Source: Octopus bimaculoides (lineage: Eukaryota). Taken from it: 64,000 bases of DNA. The DNA is taken from NCBI RefSeq assembly GCF_001194135.2, contig NC_068996.1, forward strand, positions 52,444,664 through 52,508,663, in the 5' to 3' direction. Below, one piece after another: positions 63,714 to 64,000 of this stretch. The notes under the pieces were generated by a model. It did no database searches. It saw only the letters and a program-made list of their open reading frames with translations, and was not told the origin of the DNA. Each line of letters opens with the position of its first letter. The stretch's first letter is position 1. A program made the position numbers and the translations under genes.

Positions 63714-64000
63714 AAAAGCACTACTGATGCCTTATTTCTAGTGAGACAGTTGCAGGAGAAATACCTAGCTAAGGATAAACCTCTGTACCTGGCTTTCGTT
63801 GACATGGAGAAAGCCTTTGACAGGGTCCCCCGATCCCTTATCTGGTGGTCAATGAGGAAACTTGGGATAGAAGAATGGTTAGTGAGAGCTGTGCGAGCCA
63901 TGTACAGAGATGCTGCCAGTAAGGTGAGGGTTGGAAATGAGTACAGCAATGAATTCCGGGTAGAGGTAGGGGTCCACCAAGGTTCCGTCCTCAGCCCCCT
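63714..64000 (+). mobile_element. 5'-truncated RTE LINE with an uninterrupted RT frame running off the window
   Basis: KSTTDALFLVRQLQEKYLAKDKPLYLAFVDMEKAFDRVPRSLIWWSMRKLGIEEWLVRAVRAMYRDAASKVRVGNEYSNEFRVEVGVHQGSVLSP with no stops. Confidence 0.95.

Overview
Eukaryotic, AT-rich, repeat-dense genomic DNA with several assembly gaps. The SINE and MITE repertoire and microsatellite load suggest an octopus (inference). Two spliced + strand genes were reconstructed by hand from GT-AG junctions with consistent phases. (1) The last four exons of AASDH (beta-alanine-activating NRPS-like enzyme; C-terminal PQQ-like beta-propeller), 918-13677. (2) The first 16 coding exons of CLUH/clueless (clustered mitochondria protein), 29322-62192, which continues beyond the window. 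The rest is a layered transposon record: mariner/Tc1 fossils, RTE, CR1-like, Penelope-like and R4/Dong-like retroelement fragments, three tRNA-derived SINE families, many RTE 3' tails and two TTAA-flanked (piggyBac-type) MITE families. Most notable observations: a CLUH exon whose first six bases rebuild the upstream donor site exactly (recursive-splice-like); CLUH codons where A-to-I editing would restore conserved residues; a long fold-back element in an AASDH intron; Dong/R4-like ends inserted in (ATT)n tracts; and templated snap-back palindromes at repair or insertion junctions. Human and fly comparisons are from memory and need alignment. Repeat boundaries are approximate.
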